The notes: generated from the sequence alone by a model not told the origin. A stretch of DNA of 64,000 nucleotides from Chloroflexota bacterium (GCA_005889475.1 VBGT01000005.1:5961-69960), one strand, 5' to 3'. Shown: positions 8,723 to 18,572, counted from the first letter of the stretch. Made by a program: numbers and translations.

Positions 8723-11700
8723 GCGCGCCGGCGCGACTCCTGTCGGTTCGGCTGCAGGGCTTCAAGTCGTTCGCAGATCGCACGCACGTGACGTTCGGAC
8801 CGGGCATCAGCGCGGTCGTCGGGCCGAACGGCTCGGGCAAGAGCAACCTCGCCGATGCGCTGCGCTGGGCCCTCGGCGAGCAGGGTCGCGCGCTTCGCTC
8901 GCGCAAGTCCGAGGACGTCATCTGGGCGGGCTCCGAGCGGCGCCCCGCGGTCGGCCTTGCCGACGTCCAGCTGACCCTCGACAACGGCGACGGTCTGCTC
9001 CCGGTCGAGTACGGCGTCGTCGAGCTCGGACGGCGGTTGTATCGCTCGGGCGAGAACGACTACCTGCTGAACCGCCAGCGGGTACGGCTCAAGGACCTGG
9101 TCGACCTGCTCGATGCCGGGCACCTCGCCGAGAACGCGTTCCTGTTCATCGGCCAGGGCATGGTCGACCAGGCGCTCGCGCTGCGGCCCGAGGAGCGACG
9201 GCCGCTGTTCGAGGAGGTCGCCGGCGTACGCCGGCACGAGCGCCGGCGGCGGCGCGCGGAGGAGCAGCTCGCCGAATCAGAGGCGAATCTCGCGCGCGTC
9301 GACGACATCCTCGCCGAGCTCCGGCCGCAGGCACGGCGGCTCGGCCAGCAGGCGGAGCAGCAGGCGAACCGGCTGACCGCGGCAGACGAGCTCGCAAGGG
9401 CGATCCTCCTCTCGGCGCACGCCCGCTGGCACGAGGCGGGCGGTCGCGCGGCCGCTTCGGCCGCCGCCGGCGCCGCGTCGCGCCAGGCGATCGAGGGGGC
9501 GATGACCGAGCTGCTCGGCCACGAGCAGGCGATCGCCGCCGCCGGGGGCGCGCTCGCGGGGCAGGCGACGCTGGAGGCGGAGGCACGCTCGGAGCTGGAT
9601 CGGCGGCGCGCGGCGCGCGCGGCGCTCCAGCTGCGCGAGGCGAGGCACGCGTCCGAGGTGGATGGCGTCGGGCGCGAACGGGCGCGGATCGTGGAGACGC
9701 GAGACGGAGCCGAAGCGGAGCTGACCGCGGCGCGCGACGCCCTCGCGGTGCCCGTCGCTGCCTCACCTGCCGATCTCGAGGCCGAGCTGGCGACGCTGGA
9801 TGCGGAGATCGCGGCGGTCGTCTCCGGGGCGGGTGCCGAATCCGGTGCCGCCGCGGCACACGGTCTATCGGCGGTCGATGCCGCGGCCCTCCGTCGGCTG
9901 GAGGCGGCAAAGGCCCAGGAGCTTGCCGCCGGACGGCGGCGTGCGGCCGACTCGGAACGGCAGGCCGCAGAGGAGCGGGCACGAGCGGCGACGGCGAACA
10001 CTCGCGCCCAGGCGGCGAGCGAGGCACGCGCCGGCACGGCGCGCGAGCTGGCGGCGCGCGTCGCGGCGGAGTCCGCGGCCGCGAACGATCGCGAGCGGGC
10101 AGGGCAGCTCCTCGCCGAGGCGGAATCCGCGGCGCACATGGCCGCCGATCGGGCCGGGGCCGCGAGCGCCGCCGCCGGCGCTCTCAACGCCCGTTTGGAC
10201 GAGGCGAGGCGCGCCCTCGAGGCAGCCGAGGGCGGGGCATTCAGCCGCGCAGCGCGGGCCCGGGGCGGCCGGCCGATCGCCGACGGGCTGACCGTCGAGC
10301 CGTCGCTGCAGGCGGCGGTCGATGCGGCGCTTGCCGGGCTCGGTCGGGCCCAGGTCCTGCCGCGAGCCGCGATCGTCGACGTCGCCACTGAGCGGGGAGC
10401 GGCCGTGGTGGCGGAGACGCTCGTGGAGTCCGGTGGACCAGTGCACGCGGAGGCGAGCGCGGGCCCTGTCATCCAAACGCTGCTCGAGGCCGTTCGTGCG
10501 CGGGGTGGCGGGCGGCTCGTCGACGCGCTCCGCCGGGATGACGCGGGCGCGGTCACCCGACTGGTCCGGCGGATCGTATGGCTCCCGGACCCGGCCGCGT
10601 GCCTCGAGCTGCAGCCAGCCCTGCCGCCCGGCTGGCTGGCCGTCGCCCGGGACGGCAGCCTCGTCGTCGGCGAGGTCGCGATCTGGCTCCGGCCGGACGG
10701 CCGGGGCCTCAACCTGCAGGCGGACGTCGACCGGCTCACCGCCGACGCTGCCGCCGTCACCAGCGTGGCATCGAGTGCCGCCCAGGCACACGCGACGGCG
10801 GTCGCAGCCGAGTCCCGGGCGCGGGCCACGCTCGGCGCCGCCCGCAATGAGGAAGCCGCCGCCACCGTGGCGCACCGCCGGGCCGAGGAGGTTGACCGCG
10901 CCGCCGCTGTCGCGGCCGAGTCCGCCGCGCGGGACGCCGCATGGCTCGCTGCACAGGCCGCCCGCCTCGAAGCCGAGGCCGCCCGCCTGGGCGCGGCGCT
11001 GCCCGCCGACGAGGACACGACCGCGTCGCCGGTTCCGCCAGCCACCGATGAACCGCACCGACGCGCCGACGACCTGCAGCGCCGGAAGCGGGAGCTGCTA
11101 GAGGAGCTCGAGGGCGCGCGCGCCAATCGTCGCGAGTCGGAGCGCCGGCGCGCGCGCGCCGAGGCCGCGACGGGCCTCGCCGAGCGGCAGCTCGCGTCGG
11201 CCGCTCGCGCCGCAGCGGACCTTGCCGAGCGCGAGGGCCGGCTGGCCATGGAGCGGGAGGAGATCGTCCGCCTCCTCGCCGCGGCGGAGCACGAAGTCGC
11301 TGAAGCCGAGGGCACCCTGGCCGGGATCGCCGCCGCATCGGCCGGGGCGCGGGACCGCCTCCACGCCGCCGAGACGAGCGCGACCACCGCCCGCGAGCGA
11401 CTGCGGCGGGCGCAGGAGCGTGCCCGCCTCGACGAGCGAGAAGAGGTCGAGGCCCGGCTCGCGCTCGATGGGCTGCGAGACGGGCTGCTGGTCGAGCTCG
11501 CCGGCCTCGGCGAGACGGCGCTCCGCCATCTCGGCGCCGCCCCACCGACGACGGATGCGACGGCCGCGCCGCAGAGCGGAGAAGACGACTTCGACGCGGA
11601 TGCGCTCGAACGGGCACTCACGACCGCGAGCGCGGCGTGGCTGGAGGCACCGCCACCCGCCGAGCCGCCGCCGCCGGGGCGCCTCGCCAGCCTGCGCCGG

Positions 11701-12363
11701 CGCTTCCACGACCTGGGCGCGGTCAACCCGTTCGCGGCGGAGGAGTACGCCGAGGTCCGCGCCCGCCTGGATGGCCTCGAGGCCCAGCGGACCGACCTGG
11801 AGGCCGCGATCGAGCACACCCGCGACCTGATCCGCGAGCTGGGCACGATGATCGGCGACCAGTTCCGGCGGACGTTCGATGCCCTGGCAAGCGCCTTCGA
11901 CGCGCGCTTCCAGCAGCTGTTCGGCGGCGGCTACGCGCGCCTCGCCCTGACCGACCCGGAGGATCTGGCGGCGACCGGGGTCGAGATCATGGCGCGGCCG
12001 CCGGGCAAGAAGGCGCAGGCGCTGGCGATGCTGTCCGGCGGCGAACGCGCACTCACGGCGGTTGCCCTGCTGTTCGCCATGCTCGAGGTCCGGCCGGTCC
12101 CGTTCTGCGTCCTCGACGAGGTCGATGCCGCGCTCGACGAGGCCAACATCGGGCGGTTCACCGAGGCGCTGAGCGAGCTGGCGCGAACCACCCAGTGCAT
12201 CGTGATCACCCACAACCGGGGCACGATCGAGACGGCTGACGCACTCTATGGCGTGACCGTGGGCGAGGATTCGGTGAGTCGCGTGATCAGCCTTCGTCTC
12301 GACGAGGCGACGGCGCTCGCCGAACGCGGGGCGGAGCCGGTGGGCGTCCGCGCCGGCGGCTAG
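8719..12363 (+). CDS. smc: chromosome segregation protein SMC
   Basis: 1214 aa; Walker A GPNGSGKSN, long coiled coils, hinge, LSGGE signature, Walker B CVLDEVDAALD; ATGA overlap with rnc. Confidence 0.95.
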   Translation: MSAPARLLSVRLQGFKSFADRTHVTFGPGISAVVGPNGSGKSNLADALRWALGEQGRALRSRKSEDVIWAGSERRPAVGLADVQLTLDNGDGLLPVEYGVVELGRRLYRSGENDYLLNRQRVRLKDLVDLLDAGHLAENAFLFIGQGMVDQALALRPEERRPLFEEVAGVRRHERRRRRAEEQLAESEANLARVDDILAELRPQARRLGQQAEQQANRLTAADELARAILLSAHARWHEAGGRAAASAAAGAASRQAIEGAMTELLGHEQAIAAAGGALAGQATLEAEARSELDRRRAARAALQLREARHASEVDGVGRERARIVETRDGAEAELTAARDALAVPVAASPADLEAELATLDAEIAAVVSGAGAESGAAAAHGLSAVDAAALRRLEAAKAQELAAGRRRAADSERQAAEERARAATANTRAQAASEARAGTARELAARVAAESAAANDRERAGQLLAEAESAAHMAADRAGAASAAAGALNARLDEARRALEAAEGGAFSRAARARGGRPIADGLTVEPSLQAAVDAALAGLGRAQVLPRAAIVDVATERGAAVVAETLVESGGPVHAEASAGPVIQTLLEAVRARGGGRLVDALRRDDAGAVTRLVRRIVWLPDPAACLELQPALPPGWLAVARDGSLVVGEVAIWLRPDGRGLNLQADVDRLTADAAAVTSVASSAAQAHATAVAAESRARATLGAARNEEAAATVAHRRAEEVDRAAAVAAESAARDAAWLAAQAARLEAEAARLGAALPADEDTTASPVPPATDEPHRRADDLQRRKRELLEELEGARANRRESERRRARAEAATGLAERQLASAARAAADLAEREGRLAMEREEIVRLLAAAEHEVAEAEGTLAGIAAASAGARDRLHAAETSATTARERLRRAQERARLDEREEVEARLALDGLRDGLLVELAGLGETALRHLGAAPPTTDATAAPQSGEDDFDADALERALTTASAAWLEAPPPAEPPPPGRLASLRRRFHDLGAVNPFAAEEYAEVRARLDGLEAQRTDLEAAIEHTRDLIRELGTMIGDQFRRTFDALASAFDARFQQLFGGGYARLALTDPEDLAATGVEIMARPPGKKAQALAMLSGGERALTAVALLFAMLEVRPVPFCVLDEVDAALDEANIGRFTEALSELARTTQCIVITHNRGTIETADALYGVTVGEDSVSRVISLRLDEATALAERGAEPVGVRAGG

Positions 12364-13245
12364 GTGGTCGAAGAGGAAGCGCTCCAGCGGGAGCTCGAGG
12401 ACGGCCTCCGGCGCAGCCGGGGCGGGTTCATGTCGCGACTGCGCGGCCTCCTCACCGGCGATTCGGCGTCCCCCGAGACGTGGGCCGAGGTCGAGGAGTC
12501 GCTCATCGCGGGTGACGTCGGCGCCGCGCTGGCGATGGAGGTCGTGGAGCGGGCCCGGGCGCGCCGGACCAGCGAGACCGCCGAGGCTGCGGTCCGCGCC
12601 GAGCTCGCCGCGCTGCTGCTCCCGAGAGACCCGCGCTGGAGCCTGTACCACGCCGGCCGGTCGCCCGCGGTGGTGCTCGTGCTCGGCGTCAACGGCACCG
12701 GCAAGACGACGACGATCGGCAAGCTCGCGACGCGCGAGGTCGCGGCCGGCCGGCGCGTCATCCTCGCCGCCGCAGATACGTTCCGCGCCGCCGCCAGCGA
12801 CCAGCTCCGGCACGCCGCCGGCGCAGATCCAGCGGCGGTCGTGTTCGACGCGCTCGATGCCGGCGCCGCCCGCGGCGCAGACCTCGTGATCATCGACACG
12901 GCCGGGCGCCTGCACACGAAGTCGAACTTGATGGACGAGCTGGCCAAGATCCGGCGGGTCATCGACCGCCGGCTGCCCGGGGCCTCGCCAGAGACGTTGC
13001 TCGTTCTCGACGCCACCACCGGTCAAAACGGACTCATCCAGGCCGTCGCCTTCCACGAGGCTGTGGGGCTGACCGGGATCGTCCTGACCAAGCTCGACTC
13101 GACGGCACGGGGCGGGATCGTGTTCGCGATCGAACGCCGGCTGGGGGTGCCGGTCCGCTTCGCCGGGGTGGGTGAGCGGCCCGAGGACCTCGTCGACTTC
13201 GATCCTGCGGCGTTCGTCGCCGCACTGTTCGAGGCCACGACGTGA
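12364..13245 (+). CDS. ftsY: signal recognition particle receptor FtsY (short, with an internal gap relative to homologs)
   Basis: GVNGTGKTTTIGKLA, AADTFRAAA, DTAGRLH, TKLD motifs; see finding on the missing segment after DQL. Confidence 0.88.
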   Translation: MVEEEALQRELEDGLRRSRGGFMSRLRGLLTGDSASPETWAEVEESLIAGDVGAALAMEVVERARARRTSETAEAAVRAELAALLLPRDPRWSLYHAGRSPAVVLVLGVNGTGKTTTIGKLATREVAAGRRVILAAADTFRAAASDQLRHAAGADPAAVVFDALDAGAARGADLVIIDTAGRLHTKSNLMDELAKIRRVIDRRLPGASPETLLVLDATTGQNGLIQAVAFHEAVGLTGIVLTKLDSTARGGIVFAIERRLGVPVRFAGVGERPEDLVDFDPAAFVAALFEATT

Positions 13246-14150
13246 GCGGGCATGGACGCGTCAGGCGCCTGGCCGCGCTAGCGATCGCGGTGACGCTGCT
13301 CGCCGGCTGCATAGACGCGCCCGTTCCATCGGCCACGCCGACCCCCACGCCGTCGCCGGAGCCGACACCGACCACGATCACGTACCAGCTCGGCGCGACG
13401 ATCTGGTACGAGGGCCTGATCATCCACGTCGACGATGCCGTCGCGACCCTGGACCAGCGGGGCGGTCCGGTGGAGGTCAGTCTTCGGATCGAGAATCCCG
13501 GCGACGACGAGGGCGAGCTGGATGGTCGGATCCGGCTGCTCGTCGATGTGACGTCGAGCGACCCGCCCGTCGAGGCGACGCGGGAGTCGAAGGTCCCGAC
13601 CATCCCCGCGCACGGCATCGCGCCGGCGCTCATGACCTACGAGCTGCAGGGCATCGCCTCGGTCGAGAAGGGCGTCGTGCTGATCGGCGAGGATCTCCAG
13701 CACGTCGCACGGATCCCGCTGACCGCTGCGGGCGGCGACCTGCTCGACCTCGAGCCGGTCGCGCTTCGCGTGTCCGGTGCCGGCACGGCCGGGGACCTGC
13801 GCCTCACGCTCCGCAGCGGCGTCCTCCGCTGGGACCTGCCGGACTGGTCGCAGGAGCTCGTCGCCGGCCTGGATGCCCTCACGCTCACCTACGACATCAC
13901 GTACCTGGGCTCCTTCTCCGGTGGCTTCGCGTTCACCGGCGACAATGTCCGGTTGCGCCTGCCGAATGGCATGGTGATCGGGCCGCGACGGGACGGCCAC
14001 AGCCAGTCGATCGAGCTGATCGGGGCGGGCAAGACGAAGCGCGGCCTGTTCTCGCGCTTCGAGATCCCGAGCGGCATGATCGGGCGGTTCGGGCTGATCG
14101 TTCAAACCGGGAACAAGAGCAAGACCATTCCCTTCGATCTCCGCGGCTGA
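13242..14150 (+). CDS. hypothetical lipoprotein
   Basis: Signal peptide with lipobox LLAGC followed by Pro/Thr linker; GTGA overlap with ftsY stop; high GC3; no family recognised with confidence. Confidence 0.7.
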   Translation: MSGHGRVRRLAALAIAVTLLAGCIDAPVPSATPTPTPSPEPTPTTITYQLGATIWYEGLIIHVDDAVATLDQRGGPVEVSLRIENPGDDEGELDGRIRLLVDVTSSDPPVEATRESKVPTIPAHGIAPALMTYELQGIASVEKGVVLIGEDLQHVARIPLTAAGGDLLDLEPVALRVSGAGTAGDLRLTLRSGVLRWDLPDWSQELVAGLDALTLTYDITYLGSFSGGFAFTGDNVRLRLPNGMVIGPRRDGHSQSIELIGAGKTKRGLFSRFEIPSGMIGRFGLIVQTGNKSKTIPFDLRG

Positions 14151-14256
14151 CCCGTTACACTGCCCGGGCGCCGGCGCGCCAGAACCCGCGCGCCCGACTC
14201 GCGGCAGGTCGCCGCGCTCGTCCCCATCGGGTCTCGATCGGAGTCCGTTCGCCCTC

Positions 14257-15591
14257 GTGTTCGACAACCTCAGCGACCGCCTGCGCACGACGCTCGCCAA
14301 CCTGACCGGCCGGGGTCGGGTCACCGAGGCGGACGTCGATGCCGCGGCGCGCGAGATCCGGCTGGCCCTCCTGGAGGCCGACGTCAACTTCAAGGTTGTC
14401 AAGGACGTCGTCGGGCGGATCCGTGAGCGGGCGATCGGCGCCGAGATCCTGGGCAGCCTCACGGCCGGGCAGCAGGTGGTCAAGATCGTCCACGACGAGC
14501 TCGTCGAGCTCCTGTCCGCGGGCGATCGGACGTTCCGGCTGCAGGGCAACCCGTCTGTGATCTCGCTCGTTGGCCTGCAGGGCTCGGGCAAGACGACCAC
14601 CGCCGCCAAGCTCGCCCGGCACGTCGTGAAGCTTGGCCGTCGGCCGCTCCTCGTCGCCGCCGACCCGTACCGGCCCGCCGCGGCGGATCAGCTCGCGACG
14701 CTCGGCAAGGCGATCGACATCCCGGTCCACCGGGCGCCGGCCGGCACGGCGACGATCGACATCACCCGCGGCGCGCTCGACGAGGCGCGGCGCCTGACCC
14801 GGGACACGATCATCCTCGACACCGCCGGCCGCCTGACCCTCGACGAGACGCTGATGGCCGAGATCGCAGCGATCGACGCCGCGGTGCACCCCGTCGAGAC
14901 GCTGCTCGTGGTCGACGCGATGACCGGCCAGGAGGCGGTCGCGGTTGCCCAGGCTTTCGCCGCCGCCGTGCCCGTCACCGGCCTCATCCTCACCAAGATC
15001 GACGGCGATGCCCGCGGTGGCGCAGCGCTGTCGATCGCGACGGTCACCGGCATCGGCGTCAAGTTCCTGGGCACCGGCGAGAAGACCGACGCCCTCGAGG
15101 TCTTCCATCCCGACCGCCTCGCCGGCCGGATCCTGGGCATGGGCGACATCCTGACGCTCGTCGAGCGCGCCCAGGAGACCGTCGACGCGACGCAGGCGAA
15201 GCAGCTCGAGGAGAAGCTGCGCAAGGCCGAGTTCACCTTCGAGGACTTCCTCGAGCAGCTGCAGCAGGTCCAGAAGATGGGCCCGATCGGGCAGCTCGTG
15301 TCGATGGTCCCGGGCATGGGCGGCATCGCGAAGGACGCCCAGGACGCGGTCGACCGCGGCGAGCTCAAACGGACCGAGGCGATCATCCGGTCGATGACAC
15401 GGCACGAACGCCGCGAGCCCGCCGTCATCAACGGGGCCCGCCGGCGACGGATCGCCGCGGGCTCGGGCACCTCGCTGCCCGAGGTCAACCGCCTGATCAA
15501 GCAGTTCAGCGAGATGCAACGCCTCATGAAGCAGCTCGCCGGGGGTCGCGGACGCGGCACGCTCGGCGGCCTGTCCATCGGGCGACGATGA
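14257..15591 (+). CDS. ffh: signal recognition particle protein Ffh
   Basis: MFDNLSDRL start, GLQGSGKTTTAAKLA, DTAGRL, TKIDGDARGG, Met-rich M domain. Confidence 0.95.
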   Translation: MFDNLSDRLRTTLANLTGRGRVTEADVDAAAREIRLALLEADVNFKVVKDVVGRIRERAIGAEILGSLTAGQQVVKIVHDELVELLSAGDRTFRLQGNPSVISLVGLQGSGKTTTAAKLARHVVKLGRRPLLVAADPYRPAAADQLATLGKAIDIPVHRAPAGTATIDITRGALDEARRLTRDTIILDTAGRLTLDETLMAEIAAIDAAVHPVETLLVVDAMTGQEAVAVAQAFAAAVPVTGLILTKIDGDARGGAALSIATVTGIGVKFLGTGEKTDALEVFHPDRLAGRILGMGDILTLVERAQETVDATQAKQLEEKLRKAEFTFEDFLEQLQQVQKMGPIGQLVSMVPGMGGIAKDAQDAVDRGELKRTEAIIRSMTRHERREPAVINGARRRRIAAGSGTSLPEVNRLIKQFSEMQRLMKQLAGGRGRGTLGGLSIGRR

Positions 15592-15598
15592 GGGGGAC

Positions 15599-17470
15599 AT
15601 GACGGACGATCAGACACGCCCGATCGAGAATCCGCAGCCCGACGACCAGCCGAGGCCCGGGACGACGCCCGTCGAACCCGCGCCGGCGCCCGCGGCTGAC
15701 GCGCCGGAACCGGCGGCGTCACCCGAGCAAGTGTCAGGGCCGGAATCGACGATGGACGCCATCATGGCTGGGTCGACTGGCCCAGCCGCCTCCGCCGGTG
15801 GCCGCCTCCGCTGGATCGTCGCGCTCGGTGTCGCCGCCCTCGCGGTCGTCGTCGCGATCGGGGCGATCCTCCTCCTCGGCAGCCGGCCCACGCCGGAGGC
15901 GCTCAAGTACATTCCCGGCGACGCCGCCGTTGTGGCCGAGGTCCGGATGGACCTGCCCGGCGATCAGATGCAGAAGCTGGGCAACCTGCTCGCACATTTC
16001 CCGGGCTTCCGCGACCAGGCGACGCTGACCGACAAGATCGACGAGGCGCTTTCGCGCCTGGTGAGCGCCGGCGGCCTCGGGGGCGTGGACTACCGGACGG
16101 ACATCAAGCCGTGGCTCAGCGGCCCGGCGTTCGTCGGCATGCGCGCGCCGGATGCCGGCGCCCCGGGGAACGCCTCTCTCAACGGGGTCGTGATCTCGGC
16201 CACGACGACCGGGACGGTGTCGTGCGACGCGCCGTTCAAGAACCTGACCGTCACCCACGAGAGATATCACAACATGGACCTTGCCCTCGCTGGTGACTCG
16301 GCGTGTGTCATCGACGGGCACCAGGCCCTGATCGGCGACGCCCGATCCGTCCGCAACGCGATCGATGCGCATGCCGGCGGGACGGGCATCGATCGGAGCG
16401 ACCGGTACCGCGCGGCGCGCGCCGCCCTGCAGGGCGATCAGCTCGCCACCGTGTACCTCGACAGTCAGACGTTCACGTCGATGCTCCCGAGCGCGTCTGG
16501 GACACCCGGCCTCGAGGCGTTTGCCGCGCTCACCGGCGCCGTCCCCGACTGGTCCATGACCGGTGTGCGCGCTGAGGACGATGCGCTGGTCCTCGACACC
16601 ATCGCCGCGCCGGCACCCGCCCCCAGCGCCAGCGACACCGCCGGTCCCTCGCTGCTGCCGCTGCCGGCGACACATCCGAGCGTCATCGCCCCGATGGCGC
16701 CGGCCGACACGATCCTCTTCGCCGAGGACCAGGGCACGGGCGTCGGCCTCCAGAACCTGCTGACGCGGCTCCGGGCCGTCCCCGAGCTGAGCGCCCCGCT
16801 GCAGATGCTCGACGGGGTCGGCGGTGGCGCCGAGCTTGTCGGCTGGATCGAGGACGTCGGCGTTGCCGTCTCGGTCCACGGCACGACCCCCGACGGCGCG
16901 GTGTTCCTCGTCGCCAAGGACGACGCCGCGGCGGCCGATCGCGTGCGCACCATCAGCGGCTTCCTCGCCCTGGCGGGCCTCGGCGGCCAGGGCATCGAGG
17001 TCCACGACAGCACGATCAGCGGCGCCGCGGTGACGACCGTCACGATCACCGACCTCAGCAAGCTCGTCCCGCCGGGCAGCCTGCCCGGAGGTGAGCAGGT
17101 TCCTTCGACCGGCCCCGTCTCGTTCTCGATCGCCGCCCACGGACGCGCGGTCGTCCTCACCTCGGGCGAGGCCGCCATGACCGCGGTCCTCAACGTCAAG
17201 CCGGGGGCGAGCCTGGTCGACCAGCCGAGGTACAAGCAGGCGTTGACGCGCGCGCTGGCGTCCAGCCGGTTCTCGCTGTTCCTCGACGTGCGCGGCGGCG
17301 TGGCGCTGGTCGAGGCCGTGGCGCCGCCCGACTCGGTACGTCGACCCCATCGAATCGCTGCTGATCTCGGGCTCGACGGACGGCTCATCCGGGCGATCGA
17401 GGTTCGTCATCAACGTCAGTCAGCCCACCCAGTAGCCCAGGAGGAACCATGGCCGTTCGTATCCGCTTGA
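15599..17470 (+). CDS. membrane-anchored protein, DUF3352-like (family call from memory); 3' end probably frameshifted
   Basis: Pro/Ala-rich N-terminus, one TM (WIVALGVAALAVVVAIGAILLL), then ALKYIPGDAAVVAEVRMDLPGDQ...; GC3 bias moves to another frame after about 17335 (see finding). Confidence 0.65.
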   Translation: MTDDQTRPIENPQPDDQPRPGTTPVEPAPAPAADAPEPAASPEQVSGPESTMDAIMAGSTGPAASAGGRLRWIVALGVAALAVVVAIGAILLLGSRPTPEALKYIPGDAAVVAEVRMDLPGDQMQKLGNLLAHFPGFRDQATLTDKIDEALSRLVSAGGLGGVDYRTDIKPWLSGPAFVGMRAPDAGAPGNASLNGVVISATTTGTVSCDAPFKNLTVTHERYHNMDLALAGDSACVIDGHQALIGDARSVRNAIDAHAGGTGIDRSDRYRAARAALQGDQLATVYLDSQTFTSMLPSASGTPGLEAFAALTGAVPDWSMTGVRAEDDALVLDTIAAPAPAPSASDTAGPSLLPLPATHPSVIAPMAPADTILFAEDQGTGVGLQNLLTRLRAVPELSAPLQMLDGVGGGAELVGWIEDVGVAVSVHGTTPDGAVFLVAKDDAAAADRVRTISGFLALAGLGGQGIEVHDSTISGAAVTTVTITDLSKLVPPGSLPGGEQVPSTGPVSFSIAAHGRAVVLTSGEAAMTAVLNVKPGASLVDQPRYKQALTRALASSRFSLFLDVRGGVALVEAVAPPDSVRRPHRIAADLGLDGRLIRAIEVRHQRQSAHPVAQEEPWPFVSA

Positions 17471-17703
17471 CCCGCGTCGGCGCGACGAAGCAGCCGAGCT
17501 ATCGCGTCGTCGTCGCCGACTCCCGCAGCGCGCGTGACAGCCGCTCGATCGAGACGCTCGGGCACTACAACCCGCGCAAGGATCCGATCGAGTTCCAGGT
17601 CGACGCCGAGAAGGCGAAGGCCTGGCTCGCCAAGGGCGCGCTCCCGTCGAACACGGTCGCGCGGCTGTTCCGCAACGCCGGCGTGCTCCCGGCCGAGAAG
17701 TAG
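17449..17703 (+). CDS. rpsP: 30S ribosomal protein S16
   Basis: MAVRIRLTRVGATKQPSYRVVVADSRSARD; RBS aggagga upstream. Confidence 0.95.
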   Translation: MAVRIRLTRVGATKQPSYRVVVADSRSARDSRSIETLGHYNPRKDPIEFQVDAEKAKAWLAKGALPSNTVARLFRNAGVLPAEK

Positions 17704-17712
17704 GGGACCGAG

Positions 17713-17946
17713 ATGAGTGCGAAGGAGCTCGTCGAGTACGTGGCACGGTCGCTCGTCGACGATCCGGAGGCCGTGAAGGTCACCGAGGTCGAGGATGAGG
17801 AGGGGACCGTCATCGAGCTGCACGTGGCCGAGGACGACATGGGCAAGGTCATCGGGCGCAACGGCAGCGTCGCCAAGGCGCTGCGGACACTGCTCAAGGT
17901 GACCGCGGCGCGCGAGGGCACCTCGGTCCAGCTCGAGATCATCTGA
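17713..17946 (+). CDS. KH-domain RNA-binding protein (YlqC-like)
   Basis: 77 aa; GKVIGRNGSVAKALRTLL KH motif; canonical position between rpsP and rimM. Confidence 0.9.
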   Translation: MSAKELVEYVARSLVDDPEAVKVTEVEDEEGTVIELHVAEDDMGKVIGRNGSVAKALRTLLKVTAAREGTSVQLEII

Positions 17947-18572
17947 GCGGAGGGCGCCCCCTGGGCGAGACCACGCGCCTCGTCGTCGGCCGCGTGCGCG
18001 GGCTGCACGGCCTTCGTGGCGCGGTCCGCGTCGAGGTACTCACGGACCGACCCGAGACCCGTTTCGCTGCGGGCGACGTGCTGTATCTCGAGGGTGACAG
18101 CCGGCCGCTCACGATCGTCTCGGGCGAGCCGGTCGAGGATGGCCCCGGCTGGCGTCTGCGCTTCCGGGAGGTCCTCGACCGGGCAGCTGCCGAGCGACTC
18201 AGGGACGCGTACCTGGAGGTCGCGGTCGACCGGGCCTCCGAGCTTGCCGACGGCGCGGCGTACTGGCACGAGGTGATCGGGACGACGGTGAAGGACTCGA
18301 CCGGAACGGTGCTCGGGACGGTGGCCGACGTGTACCGCGCGGGCGAGACCGAGGTGTACGTCGTCCGAGGCGGCGCCGTCGGCGAGTTCGACATGCCGGC
18401 CGTGCGCAACGTGATCACGACCTTCGCGCCGGAGCGGGGCGAGCTGATCGTCGACGAGGCCGTGCTGGACCTCGCCACGCCCGCGATCGATGGACCGGTC
18501 GCCGCGGCGGGGGCGCGTCCACCACGGCGCCGGCCGCCCTGGTCGCGGCACGGCAAGGGCCCCAGGCCATGA
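17943..18572 (+). CDS. rimM: 16S rRNA processing protein RimM (start inferred at CTG 17943 or 17961; first canonical start is GTG 17994)
   Basis: [24 protein letters not shown]-terminal barrel plus PRC-barrel C-terminus; the conserved LVVGRV lies upstream of the only canonical start. Confidence 0.85.
   Translation: MSGGRPLGETTRLVVGRVRGLHGLRGAVRVEVLTDRPETRFAAGDVLYLEGDSRPLTIVSGEPVEDGPGWRLRFREVLDRAAAERLRDAYLEVAVDRASELADGAAYWHEVIGTTVKDSTGTVLGTVADVYRAGETEVYVVRGGAVGEFDMPAVRNVITTFAPERGELIVDEAVLDLATPAIDGPVAAAGARPPRRRPPWSRHGKGPRP

Noticed and set aside
9400-11700. Repetitive-looking Ala/Arg/Glu-rich DNA in smc, and the Ala/Lys repeats in nusA, as possible CRISPR-like or satellite repeats
   Set aside because: There are no regularly spaced identical repeats with unique spacers. 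The periodicity is the coiled-coil heptad and low-complexity coding sequence of intact ORFs.
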